Shown: positions 28,673 through 42,068 of the stretch, piece after piece
Numbering within the stretch: position 1 is the stretch's first letter
Layout of the letters: every line of letters starts with the position of its first letter
Source: Owenia fusiformis
Lineage: Eukaryota
Direction of reading: 5' to 3'
Assembly (NCBI GenBank): GCA_903813345.2
Contig: CAIIXF020000001.1
Span: forward strand, 20,150,001 to 20,214,000
DNA: 64,000 bases
Program-made: the position numbers and the translations under genes
Notes under the pieces: generated by a model
Told to the model about the DNA's origin: nothing
Database searches by the model: none
What the model saw: only the letters and a program-made list of their open reading frames with translations

Positions 28673-29687
28673 AAATAAAATGTATTTATACAGTGAAACT
28701 TGTGAAGTTGAACACCTCTATATGTTAAATGAACCTCTATAAGTGGAACACCTCCCAAGTGGAACAGAGATACCAAAGGCGTTCTACTTAGGCAGGTTTT
28801 ACTGTATTCATCAATGCTTTTCCAGAAACCTTGATAAAAAGGGATAAAGAATACAAAAGGTCGTAACCCATGTGGTAGGCGAGAAAAGTGATCAAAACAT
28901 GGAGAGGGGGAATCAAAATGAATAACACTTGGTTTTAAATAGTCATTGTGGTATACCTCGGCAATTTCCATCAGTCCAGTATAAAAAGGAGATGAGAGAA
29001 TGCTGCAGGATCAGATCACTTGCCAAAGTAGTTTACGTACATAAATTATTAAATACCACTTACTCCAAACTCCCTCATATCTTAGCATAAACTTGTATAT
29101 ATATATTCCTTGAGTGAGATAGAAATAGCTCACCAGTAGGCCCTGTGTTATACCTGGATACCTCTGTGCTGTGTCAAGAATACAATTCTGCACCACAGCA
29201 CTTAGATGAAGCTCTGGAGTTATGATCAGCTATAAATAGCATCCATGAAGTACTCACCAGTGAAATACAACCCGTTGCCTTCTTCAAGAAAGTCTAAACA
29301 GTTCAAGACCCTTGATCGGTATATGGACAAGACGAATAAAAAAAACTGGTCAGTTGCAAGTGGTTTATAGCTTCGCTGCTGGCTAAGATCATAAGCACTG
29401 TTTCCAGAATTAGAATATTTATTTCACTCTACTTGATCCTTTCAAATTGCAGAAATGAGAGAACATTACTTCAGAGTTAGTTGGAAGTACATACATTTCA
29501 AAACCCATTTACAGGTTAAGCATCAAGATTCACCTGTCAAATTAAATTCCACTTCCAGAGATCTTGCATATGTTTTTCAGCTACAGTGAATATAATCCAA
29601 AAATATATGTTTTCTTTTACTATACTGGATATCGAAAACTGGATGATCCAGTGTAGGAGCTAATGGTTCAAGTAATGAACTTTTTAC

Positions 29688-30161
29688 TAGTGTTGTCGCG
29701 ATGTGCCATCGATGTGTCATCGACATCGATGCATCAGCAATTTTTAGTAATATCGATGCACATCGTGATGTACATCGAGAAAAAGTCTGAGAAAAGTGCA
29801 CTGAAATACTGAACGCTATTGCACTAAAATACTGAACAGAACAAATTAATAAGAGTACGCTGGTACATCCAGGAACTTCTAGTAACGATGAAATGAAAGT
29901 AAAGTAAATTTTTTTAGATTAATGGTTCATTTCGACAAGCTAAAACAGTTTTAAAGCGAAACAATATCAGAAAACATTTGAAAATGAAATAAGACATGAG
30001 AAAGGTAAGCGATTTGCGTCAAAATAAGATAAGAAAGAGTGATATTTAGCAAATTAAATTTTTCTTAAAAACATCAATGTTTTGTTTCAGACATCGATGC
30101 ATCGCCAGAATCAGCTTTGGCGATGTATATCGCGATGTTTCGATTAATCGCGACAACACTA
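29688..30161. mobile_element. hAT-type MITE
   Basis: TIR tagtgttgtcgcgat / atcgcgacaacacta, exact 8-bp TSD CTTTTTAC, and subterminal atcgat repeats. Confidence 0.9.
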
Positions 30162-30166
30162 CTTTT

Positions 30167-30488
30167 TACAGTAAAACCTGTATAATGCCTTGGTCACATT
30201 TGCTCCGATTTTCACTACGGCGCCCGGCCGATTGAGTATTTTGTTCAAAATTGAATACATTATTGAGCAAAGCACTCAATCGGCCGGGCGCCGGCCGATG
30301 GATCGGGGCAAATGTGACCCAGGCATTAGTAAATACCTCTCTCAAGTGAAAATGTCTCCAAGAAACACCCTTCTTTCGCACATCTCTACTGACTTCTGTA
30401 TAAATTACCATCTCTGAAGTGAACACCTAACAACACTGAATGTTTTTTCTATGAAAAAAAATGTTCAAAATATACAGGTTTTACTGTA
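30167..30488. mobile_element. pogo/Tigger-like MITE (tacagtaaaacctgt...acaggttttactgta)
   Basis: TA-flanked TIRs. Related copies at 12849-12956, 28689-28806, 32362-32543 and a degenerate one at ~17235-17920. Confidence 0.8.
30186..30325. mobile_element. PIF/Harbinger-like palindromic MITE nested in the Tigger-like MITE
   Basis: GC-rich palindrome tgccttggtcacatttgc...gcaaatgtgacccaggca, flanked by TAA/TTA. Confidence 0.75.
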
Positions 30489-32361
30489 CTTCCAAATAAT
30501 CTTACCCTTGCACATTTAAGGTCTATAGACTTATACAAGACTAACATGCAAATTATAAAATAAAAGGTATATACATGCAAATGTTATGAAGAATGGTGTT
30601 TTCCGTGATTATCTGTAACGCACCTGTCGGATATATGCCAGCCAGTAGGTCTTATATGACGTAACTGTTTTCCAAAACATTTACATAACTGCTACATATT
30701 TTACTGAGATAAGTGCTATTCTATGTAGAAAGATAATAGAAGAGCCACTGAGAGTTGTTGACTTTGGGCCATATTTTGCTTGACCAGTTACATAACTCAC
30801 CTTTGAAAATAGACCCCATCAAATACATCTGATCTCAAGATGATACAACAGCAGAGAGAGCTTTCATCAAAATATTGCAAAATATACAAAATGGCTCTCA
30901 TCAAAAAAATTCTTTTTTTTATTAAAACAGAGATATTACATAATATAGTTTTATCATTTGGTTTATATGGTTTCATTCATAATACAAGACTGGTTCGAGA
31001 GAGTTGCTCTTCTGATACACATACGTAAAACATGTCTTCTATCTAACGAATGACCAATCTATACTACATATACCTGACTTTACTATTGATTGGATTTACA
31101 TTGGTGAACGTTTAAAGTTACAATGCGTGGGAGAATTATGTCAAACAAACTTAATACTATCCAGAGTGCATAACACATTTTATGAGATAAAAATCCAATT
31201 CCAAACTGCTGTTCTCTAAAAACCTATGTAAATATAGAATTTATGTAGGGTAAATGCCAAAGCAGAGCGTGTACAATCAGGCCAAAGTGGATCCTTACAC
31301 TTTATGTATAAGTGAAACGTGCAATAAAGATAAATAAATGTATGACCTATGGGACTTCTCCTGTGATAATAGACATAAAACAAAAATATGTATTACTATA
31401 TTGGATTTCGTCCCAAGGGAAACTGTTGGGAAAATGCCAGTTAGATTCATGATACTCCCCGAGCTCCATTTGGTATGGGGGAGGCTGCTAATAGGTAACA
31501 ATATCATGTCAATTATATCTAAATTTAATACACAAGTATTTCTGATGCATTATTTTTAGAGATGTGTAAAAGTAGAGATTATTAAGGCAATATGTATAAA
31601 GCAGATTGGAAATAAGAGTACCTGACGTAAATGTATATGATCAAACAATTTCCTGTGACTTCATATGTCCAAAATATTACCGGATTGCCTTAGTTTATAT
31701 ATAGCCCACAAGACACAAAGAATGATAAAATGACAATAGGTATTGACATCTTGAATATCTTAGTTATGAACTTTTATGGTATCATCTGGTAAGCGAATAT
31801 AGGATATCAGATGAGTTTTTCTAATTATAAAACAATAATGAGAGTATATTCTAAATATACCCTTACTTATCCTCTAAAAATAAGATGATGGGTACTTGAC
31901 TCATTTGAAGATATCATTTTCTCCAAAAACAAAGCCACAACAGAATACCACAATACTCAATGAAGAAATAAATAGGAATCTGGAGATCAGAAAACTGCTG
32001 CTTGGCAAATATAGTTTGAATGCTATATTCTCAGTTGGAGTACCAGTCATCTTTTATGTGACCATTTAGGAAATAATATCGAAAATAATAAAAAACAACA
32101 ACAGAGGTTGTTAAGATTTCCTTTTGATCTCATACACATCTTTAAAAAAACATCACAAAATCACAAGATTCAAGATAGTCGCAGCTTTGAAATCATATTA
32201 TCTTAAGACAATTGAATATTTAGATTACTTAGATTTTTTTAACATTCCTGTTCACCTGATATTTATCTAGTGACTATATTTAAAACCGTATGGCAAGACC
32301 TTCAGTCAATATGGGTTTCCAATCGATTTCTTTGGGTCCATGATAAAACTACCAAAACAAA

Positions 32362-32543
32362 TACAGAAAAACCTGTGTACAGTGAACACCTATAGAGCCA
32401 CTAAAATGTGTTCACTATAGGTAGGTGTTCACTAGAAAGAGGCAATGTTATACAGAAGTCAGTGGAGTGTGCTGAGAAGTGTTCACTAGATACAGTTCTT
32501 CACTAGAGAGAGAGAGGTGTTCACTGAGACATGTTTTACTGTA
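32362..32543. mobile_element. pogo/Tigger-like MITE
   Basis: tacagaaaaacctgt ... acatgttttactgta, with internal gtgttcacta repeats. Confidence 0.7.
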
Positions 32544-33108
32544 CACCATCTCATACCATTTTGCCACCCTAGGCATGCATGGTCAAACATGAGTTGTCCA
32601 GTGAAAAAACTTGAACTGAAACTGATGGATTCAAAGTTTGGACTGTTTAGTTGACATATAGAAAATACATTAATATTTTCTTTGATGATATAACAATTTT
32701 ATGATGTAAGTCTCTGTTATTCTCCCAAGACAATTCAAATCAAATATCAATAAAAAGCTCAATAATGGGGGAAATAACAAAAATACTAAACTGAGGCATG
32801 GATGATGGAGATGGAAGGATGCCTAAAAGTACATTCCTAAAAGTACAGATAAGACTCATACTACACCAAATGGATTTCATCACAAGCAATAATATAAAAG
32901 ATGCACGAAACACTTGTTTTCATCTTGTCTAAGCTTACAAGGTAATTTCATAGCATATAAAATGCAAAGCTAATCCTCTCAAGGGCTTTGTAACAAGGCA
33001 TTTCATTAAGCTTTATGAAGACAATATACATGCATGGTGCAAAATGACATTCATGCTGTTTTGATAAATGAAATAATCGAGGCTTTACATTTATCAATTT
33101 GTGAAATA

Positions 33109-34006
33109 GTTTCTCTCCTGATATGGTAGCCAAACCTTGTTTATACTGTTTATATTATGCAAAACATGGAAACATGTTTTGATCATGGTCAATATTGATC
33201 ATTAAAAAATATAGCGCTCATTTGGCTGCCATCTTTTAAGATTTCACACAGGAAGTGATATCATCAACTCTCAACACTGCCTATAACAGTATAGGAAAGT
33301 AGCACAAAATAACTTCTAGACAAGTGGTTCTTACTTTTTGTAGAAAAATATCTCCAGGGCTGTTAACTTAGAATTAAAGAAGAGATTAACTGGAGGATTA
33401 AATAATAGACAAAATTGAAAAAGAATATTCAGCTGGTTTTGTCCTTCTTAATACCTCCTTATATGCAAAACCAGAGGGGGAGAAACACCAGGGTTCAAAG
33501 ATGACATACGCTTATAATGTAAATCTGTATTGAGATGACATCAAACAAATGACGTCATCAATGGCGGTTTCAAAATTTTCGAAATACGCTTCGAATAATA
33601 TTATGTTCATTTCTGGCGTGTTAACCAATATCATAGCTTCTCATTTCACATCAAGATAAAGAAAGGTGTACGGAATATGCCTATATCAATTAAAACATCC
33701 CATCGAAGTGTTTGATTTTGTGTTTCAGTATTTGATAACTAGCCAATGAAAATTTGAACAAACGAAGGTGGTAAGCAAGAGAGGTAATTATGTCTGTCAT
33801 CTTTAAACTCTGGGGCTTTCCCTCCTCTTATGCAAAACAGAGAGTTGATGACATCACTTCCTGTCTGAAATCTTAAAGATGGCAGCCGACTTGAAATTAA
33901 CAATACATTTTTAAATGATAAATTTTGACCATATCAAAATATTTTCCATGTACTGCTAAATATGGAATGTGTCCACATGGTTATAGCTGCCATATCAGGA
34001 AAGAAA
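33109..34006. mobile_element. Old MITE with ~165-bp inverted arms
   Basis: 33109-33272 is a degenerate reverse complement of 33841-34006 (ggctgccatcttt..aggaagtgat.tcatcaactct). Confidence 0.7.
33473..33828. mobile_element. MULE-like MITE nested in the previous element
   Basis: TIR agagggggagaaacaccagggttcaaagatgacatac / gtctgtcatctttaaactctggggctttccctcctct. ~10-bp direct repeat tatgcaaaac on both flanks. Confidence 0.65.
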
Positions 34007-35490
34007 TGGTCTGGCAACGGAATATTCCTTTAATGATTCTAAAGCAGCCATGCATAAAAGAATCTGATATATTGCAATATAGAGAATTGGTTTTTCTTGC
34101 CCAAGCATTCTCAAAGTTTTCTTGATGAAATCCATTTAAAATATATGGATCTGTTGTACAAAAACGTAAATGCACCTTATATAGCAAAATGCTCATCTGA
34201 TACTCCGCGCATCTCCTTTCTCATTACAAAGGACTGGCTTTTATAAGGAAAGAAAATGTCTCTTGTAAAAGCTCCTAACAGCATTAATCTGCAACTTACC
34301 TGAATAAAAATTCTGTCAGACAAGTTGAGAGTTCTCTTACCACTTTGTTAGTACTGAATGTGATGAGGTTTTACAAAGATGTCAAAAAGACTCCAAACTG
34401 ATAGCAAATAGGAAGATAGATGAAACTCATCATTCATGGCCCTTGTTTTTCATTTATCAAATATGCCTTCTTCTTGGGGATTTTCCAGCAACTATGTGTT
34501 AGCTGTGTGATGTCTATGTACATTGATGTAAGCACAAGATAAGGTGACTGCCTTCATCTTAATTAATTCATTAGGGTCGGCATGCATCTCTGTACCAGTG
34601 ACATCATGTTGCTACGTAGGTGGATTATAGTTTAACAATTCTTGGCAAAAAATAAGGTATTACTTTAAATGTTCTAAACTTCATTACCCTTTGCATTCGT
34701 TTGACTTCACTTCTTAAAAGAGAGCTTCGTCTTCGTACACCAGCCGTAGGGCAAATGTGACAGAGGCTTTTAGTGATACTTGAAATTTATGCAAATAAGA
34801 ACTTTGCAAATAATTGTCACTTCCCTAACTGACCTTAAGAGCAGATTGGTACATTCACCTTTGTACCTTCACCTAATCGCCTACAAGGACCACAATTAAT
34901 ATTCTATTATTTTGTAACTGAACAAGGTTGATCCATCACATCAAAATAAATAAGATTAAATTCAAATGCCTCTCCTGGTAAAGACAGTATAAGATATCAT
35001 ACTCAGTGTTTTCATTTCAGCCATGAAATAATTTGATGGATCGTCTAGTGCTAAATGCATTTGGATATTACATACTGCATAATGACAATTGTATGTTTAA
35101 TTTCTTAGAAATTGAAGTAATAAACTTCATTTTAAGATTCCTAATTATAGAACGAGTTTATCGGAAAATTTCATGATACCCTACTAATTGCCTACTGAGA
35201 AAGAGTTGATTTGCTTTATTTTACTAAGTAATGCCTCCTGAAGATAAGTTGATATTTTCAGCTGCAGCAAGAAAATACCTTGGCATATCAATCAACATGA
35301 TAATATACTTCAGTTTTTTGAAAGTTGTCTAAATAAGTAAGGAAGGAATGATTACTTCCGAACAATATGGTTCTACAAGATAGCTACTCTTGGGACAAAT
35401 TTCTGGACTCTCCATCTAAAGTGGCAGTCTCTATCAACTCTATCCAACAAAAATTGCTCTACTGGTTTAGAAATAGAATCTTTAATATGC

Positions 35491-35834
35491 TACCCCTTGC
35501 ATTCATTTCACTCAGCTCCTTAAAAGAGAGCTTCGTCTTCACCCTTTCAGTTCACAATAAATCTCTGAACTCAACGAGCCACTCAGAGTATGTCATCGAA
35601 ATACGGACAACTTTCTATATATGGTAATTTCTTCTGACATCATAGCACGAGCACACATTTAGCGTGTGTTTCTTCCAGTTCGCTGATTGGTTGAAAAAAT
35701 GAAAGCACGATAGGTATGAAATGATTTATGACCCGACCTGTCACAGGTACCAGTCGTGCGGGCGGGCTGCTTAATTTTAATACAGTCTGTACAAGACAGA
35801 AGGTAGTTTATAACTTAAGACTGTGCATAGGATA
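35491..35834 (-). mobile_element. TA|CCCT...AGGG|TA family, copy 3 (inverted)
   Basis: Reverse complement of the 1024-1348 family (cttaaaagagagcttcgtcttcac..., ctatatatggt...). Confidence 0.72.
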
Positions 35835-37507
35835 TTTAGACACTGCTTATCAAGTCAAGCCAAGTAGGATGACCTTTGGATCTGATGCTGCATGTCACAT
35901 CTGTAACATTGTCATAGTGTTCTCTTTTCATTGCATCTTTGGGTGCTATATTGTCGTCAATTTGTCCAGTGGGTGAGTGGGCAGGTAGCAATGAGGTCAC
36001 ATATTAATTTCAAACAAAGGAAGTTTCTAAGTATGAACATCTAGTACATAGGTTTTTGGGTATGCTGGGTATGCCATGTTTGGTGAATAGATTTGAGATG
36101 ATTTATCTCTATTTCAAAAATTAATTCAAAACATATTGTAGTTGAGGTATTGTTAAGTTTTATGCAATTTTAGTGTCCTTTGTACAGTTTCACAAATGTG
36201 AAATATCTTGAGACTTATACACACTGTATTATACATGATAATTTGGATATTGGTTTTGTATCCTAAAATCATAAATCATGTATTAAAATTAATTTATATA
36301 ATACAAATAGTGTTGTATTATTCTTCAGTATATTTATTTCAAAGCATGTTTATAAGATTGATCTGTGAGTCAATTTCTGTATATTGGCTTACCAGAGCAT
36401 TATGCTTGGCCTACATAACATATTTAGGAGAAACTGTGATTATATGACAAAAGTTAATAAATAATTCTGTTTGTATTATAATCCAATCATAATGATCTCC
36501 CATGGTACTTAAAGCTAATTTTTGTCACAATTCAGATTACCTGCTCCAAATCTAATCATTTTCTGTGATGTTCAATCCTTTCATCATATGGGGATTTATC
36601 GGATCACATTTTCAAACTCCTGAGGAAGAAATACTCCTATAATTATCAAGATCCTGTGACGCAAGATGAATGACTCATTTGTGTGAAAACTAAATCCATG
36701 CATAAAGCATTGGGATAACTTTTCATGCAAGAAATCTCAGCTATCTTATTGCATATGTTACTTCACAAACAGTTAATAAGTGAATCCATGTTCTACTGTC
36801 TCATTATATGCACGACATATAATGAAGAGAGCCATAATAGATTAAGGAACAGTCATAATTATGTCCAGTGCCTGTCCTTCATAGTCAATTACTCTTGACA
36901 AATACACATATCCTCTAATTTGTCTTAACATTAGGTTGCCACCTACAAATAATATATACCTGAGAAGTTATGTTTTAAAACTTAACGAGTTTAAATGAAG
37001 GAAATAACTAAGATATCATGAATATTAACGAGCCGTTAATTAACCAAAAAAAGTCAGAAAATTTGATATACAAGATGTGCAATTAGAGGTGCAAGATCAG
37101 CATGACAGAATTTATGTTATCAAGCACGGGAGAGTCACTACGATTTGATTATCATTGATTGGAATGAATCAATAGAGCTATTTGAGATTTTCTCACTTTA
37201 ATCACAGAATACAGATCTAACTTACATAACCTTCACTCTGAATAAATGTGAAAATAAATTAACACCAAAATGAGGCATTGCAAACCTAATAATTGTTTGA
37301 AATCCCGATGCTGCCCTGAGCAATGACAGACTGTACAAGGACTTTCAATAAGTTTGTGGAAAAGTGCTCTTATTCTAAATAAGTGCTCTAAATTCTAAAT
37401 AAATTCTTCTCAAAATTTCATAAGTTTTTAATACATGTAGCTCTTCCCAAAGAAAAATCTTCACATCAACCAATACTCAGAAGTAAATAGATTTGAGGCA
37501 TCGTTTT

Positions 37508-39144
37508 CACGGGGTGCCATCGAATAATTTTGGCAACGTACCGGAGAACGACATTTTACTAAGAAATGGCAATAATTTAGCACAATATATTTTTTAACTA
37601 GAGTTCTACTTTGATTTTGACAAAAGTAAGTATTCCATGCAATGGCTATTTCATTCATGTGTTTGTAGGAATTCTGTTGGAACCCAGTTCTGATCAAGTA
37701 CGAAGTTATTGAAATCGGCGCAGTCGGACTTTACTCCGAAAGATGGTTTTTCGATTATAACTTTTTACAACATTTAAGTATAGACTTTTGAAAAAAGTAC
37801 AGAATAGTTCTTATACTATTGAATAATTCTGTTATTTCTGATTCACACGACTCTGATTTGTTTAATTAAAAAAAAGTTTTAAAAATATTACTTAGGATTT
37901 GATTTGATTTGATTTGAAAACTATATTTATTCTGGGTAGCTCTATCAGTACAAAAACTGGTCTTCCTAGAGGCCCAGTAATAATTTACAATTATTTACAA
38001 TGTGTACAATAAATATAGAAACATACAAATAGATATATAGGACATATAGAACAATTTGATATATATGCATCTTCAAAGTATGCATTTACATGAAACATAG
38101 AGAACAACTTATAAGAGAATTACATGAATATAAGGAACAATGTCTTTAAATAATGCATTTACATGATTTTCATTTTCTGATCTGATACACTTGTTTATAT
38201 GCTTTCTTAAAAGAGTTTACAGAATCAGACTCTTTGACAGTCTTATCAAGCTTGTTCCAAAGATGTGAACCACTGTATGATATGCTTTTCTTAAATATTT
38301 CAAGTTTTGGTTTTGGTACATAAAGTGAATTTTCCACAACTGCTCTAGTGGCATAATTATGTATGGACTTTGTCTCTTTGAAACAGTTTTGAATATATGG
38401 GGGAGAGATGCCTGAAATGGCCTGGTACATTAAAATTGATTTCCTATATCTAATCATTTCCTGAATTGGAGTCCAATTTAGGGACTGAAATAAAGTGACA
38501 CTTGAAATATCAAAATTAGCTCTCAGTATAGGAACGTAACCGGAGCTGGGAACGTAACCGGAGCAGATCAGTTGAATTATATAATTTAAAAAATAAAATA
38601 TATGATTTAAAGCATATATATTAATAAATACGCATTCGAACAATCCCGTATGTTTTTAAATTAGTATATGAGGTTTAAATCATATATTTTAATTTTTTTT
38701 GATTAAATAATTCAACTGATCTGCTCCGGTTACGTTCCCAGCTCCGGTTACGTTCCTAAGTAATATCTTTAAAACTTTTTTTTTATTTAGACAAATCAGA
38801 GTCGTGTGAATCAGAAATAACAGAATTATTCAAAAGTATAAGGACTATTCTGTATTTTTTTCAAAAGTCTATACTTAAATGTTGTGAAAAGTTATAATCG
38901 AAAAACCATCTTTCGGAGTAAAGTCCGTCTGCGCCGATTTCAATAACTTCGTACTTGATCAGAACTGCGTTCCAACAGAATTCCTACAAACTCATGAATG
39001 AAATAGTTATTGCATGGAATACTTACTTTTGTCAAAATCAAAATAGAACTCTAGTTAAAAAATATATTGTGCTAAATTATTGCCATTTCTTAGTAAAATG
39101 TCGTTCTCCGGTACGTTGCCAAAATAATTCGATGGTACCCCGTG
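37508..39144. mobile_element. Fold-back (palindromic) DNA element with CACGGGG termini and 5-bp TSD, Transib-like
   Basis: Arms 37508-37897 plus 38534-38632 are near reverse complements of 38647-39144. GTTTT direct repeat on both flanks (37503-37507, 39145-39149). Confidence 0.85.
37898..38528 (-). mobile_element. 5'-truncated CR1/L2-type LINE (ORF2 C-terminus, 3' UTR, (TCAAA)n tail) inserted in the fold-back element
   Basis: Peptide LFQSLNWTPI..MIRYRKSILMY..SPPYI..HNYATR..LYVPKPKLEIFKKSISYSGSHLWNKL..SVNSFKK is typical of CR1/L2 ORF2 ends. AATAAA and a short tandem tail follow. TAGGA is duplicated on both sides. Confidence 0.88.
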
Positions 39145-41469
39145 GTTTTAATAGCAAAATTCTTTATTTATAATATAGTGATAAAAGATTTTCTCCCCAT
39201 TTTCTCATACATTTAAGCAACTGATACAGGTATGAATATCTATCATCATTTAGATATCCTAGTTTATAATTTTTCATTTGCTTAGCAAAAATATAACTGA
39301 CATTACTTTTTTGTTATTTGTGGTTCACTTCAAATAAGAAAACTAAGGGCTGAAGGCAGGGATTAACTGACCAAATATCTTATTATGGCTAGATGGTCCA
39401 ACAACATTTTTATGTAAAATTTATGATCAATATGACTTATTAGATCTTAGATCAAAATTTCATGAGATCATTTTAAATACATATTGAACATTGAGAATAA
39501 TACATATATTTGCAAATATTAAAGACTAAATAAATAATTCATAAGCAATATTTGTAGATAGATAGATGATACCAGTATCATTCCTGTATAAGTAATCTAC
39601 ATACCCATATAATAACAGAAATATGAAATTCATATATTACAATACATATTTCAAGACCCTGGTTAGTTATGACCCTGACATGTGGCTAAATATAACCATT
39701 CATATTCACAAATATAATCCAACAATCAATATTGCATTAGATAGGTAATATCAAAACAATGATTCAGTCTAAGTCTTTTTTTGTAAAACCATATTGTAAC
39801 TTGGGCAAAGTCAGATTTTTATGTAGGTTGGGAATATAGATTTTAGTTGTGAAAATTTATGTTTTCACACAATACATCCAAAGCATTCACTAACCAGCAT
39901 TCAATAGACATATTTATGTTTACTGCATCATGGCTTTCATCAAACATGAGTGTATGGTTTTTGAGAAATGAGGAAAATATGAAGTGAAAACTAAATTTGT
40001 TACGTCCAATAACCTGTACAAGTGCGTAAACACCCTACATCTCTATTTCACACACATAATGACTTTCGCCATGGCAATGCATGATGGGTATTAACGCATG
40101 CACACTAATATTAAACTGACATGTTGGTTGGTTGCTTGCACATATTAAATATCGGCAGTAACAAACTGAGACTTTTTTTGCTTGAGATTTCCTTTTCTGA
40201 GAACTTTGCAAGGGCATGAATAAAAAGATTAGAAAACATGTAATATGCATAATTTTCAGTTCAAATATCTCAGTCATAATTTATGAACACTATTCAGAAA
40301 AAGTAACACATAAAGGCTTCTTCAATTCAGTAAAGCTTTGGTTCTTCGTAATCTTGTATTTGTTAACTGAAAACAGTAAACATGGGAAAGCTGAATTTAA
40401 TGCACATTACCTATATAGGCTACCTTCTACCTCATTAATTTTTTAACAAATGAAATATATATGAGGGAAACTTTCAATTTGTAAAACTGTAAAACTGTTT
40501 GATCATTCAGCATCTGATTTTCACTGATGATTACAGTATTACAATTGATGAACTTTATGCAAATGGAATCATTTAACAAGTCATCTAAACTTTTCTTAGC
40601 TTTCAAATGACATCATTTCTATGATATGATTAAATTATATGATAAGTGAAGTTGATTTCTCGAGTAGGTATTTTAGGTAATTGGAGATAATAATCTTCAA
40701 GTTCACCATTTCTTCATGTCTATTGACTCTGGCAAGACATACTTGAAAATTAGTATTAATTATTATTAAGAGTATTAACATCGCATAATTTAAATGCTAT
40801 TAAAGAGACTCAATACCTCTGTACCATTGCGATTGTACTGACCGATCGAATTATTTTCGCGGAAATTAATTCAATCTGAAGTTTGATTATACTGGAAAAA
40901 TCCCCCTGTTATCTTATTGGTCTTGACATTTGTTTATCATGAACCTGATTGGCTGTCTGGTTCAATGCTCATATGCTTGTGTGACAAATGGGGATTCCCC
41001 TCGATGGCCATGGAATCAATTGTGTTCTGATGATGAATACAATATATCGCAATACCCATAAGTTATTCTCAATATATAAATAAGGTATGTAAGATTTTAT
41101 ATGAGCAACAATAATGGGACGTCACTGATTGTCCGGGAGAAAAACATATAGTATACTGCATCTTTAAGTGAATGGTTGGTGTGCATTATGATATAACCTA
41201 TATTGCATATGACATACCATGGGCTACTCTAATTGAAAGCCCATGGCCATACCATACAATGTAAGTCTGACCATGAATAAATGGTCTCACTGGGGGAAAT
41301 CTGTGCAACGTTCCATTTTTATCTGCCCATAGATTTCTGGTCGTTTGGTGTACAAACTACAACTGAACCGATCGCAGAAAAGCAAAATTTTGCAGATTTC
41401 ATTATGGTCTGACTGAAATTGAAAACCAGACCTGTAGTCTGTATCATTTGGCCCAAGTTAGTCTATAAG

Positions 41470-41845
41470 TACCCTGCGTGCAGAGTCTAGTTAAACTACA
41501 CACTGCCTAGTAGAGACCATATTACAGTTTAGTAGCCCCGCCCCCACGACGGGTACCGGTGACAGTTTAAGTAATAAGTCACTTCTGACCTATGCGCTGA
41601 CCTTTCTTCCACCATTCAGCGAGCTTGAAGAAACACGCCAAATGCGTTCTAATTATATATGCGCCTGTCATTGGTCAATTCCGGGCTCAACGATGACGTC
41701 AGAAGGAATGACCATATATAGAACGTCGGTCAAATTTGGCCGACAAACACTGATTGGCGCGGTGAGTTCACAGGTTTATTTTAGTTTGAAAGAGTGAAGA
41801 CGAAGCTCTCTTTTAAGAAGTGAAGTCAAACGAATGCAAAGGGTA
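41470..41845 (+). mobile_element. TA|CCCT...AGGG|TA family, copy 2
   Basis: Shares taccctgc.tgcagagtctagttaaa and gagtgaagacgaagctctcttttaag...gaatgcaaagggta with 1024-1348. Confidence 0.8.
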
Positions 41846-42068
41846 TCTATAAGAAGACATATCCATAAACCAAATAACTGAAGAAGAAAATTGAATTGAA
41901 GGTTATTCACAAATTGAACTGAAAATCAGTGAACTGAAAATTGAGCCATTTGAGGCTTTCTTCACTTGAAATTGTTAGCAAGAGGTACTGATAATTTACA
42001 CACTTATAGGTTAGAGCATAGGATCAATCATAGATTCAACTTGACGAAATAATAAAAACGGTACTTAC

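Noticed and set aside
34900-35490. Possible decayed L1/Tx1 LINE ORF2 (WDKF..P.K....IQQKLLY)
   Set aside because: Similarity is too weak to support by eye; it needs a translated search.
38170-38643. 157-aa ORF as a gene
   Set aside because: Chimeric: the N-terminus comes from the fold-back arm and the rest is a 5'-truncated LINE ORF2 end.
37461-39173. Near-identical ORFs 37461-37697 (-) and 38955-39173 (+) as duplicated genes
   Set aside because: They are the two arms of the fold-back element, with no recognisable protein.
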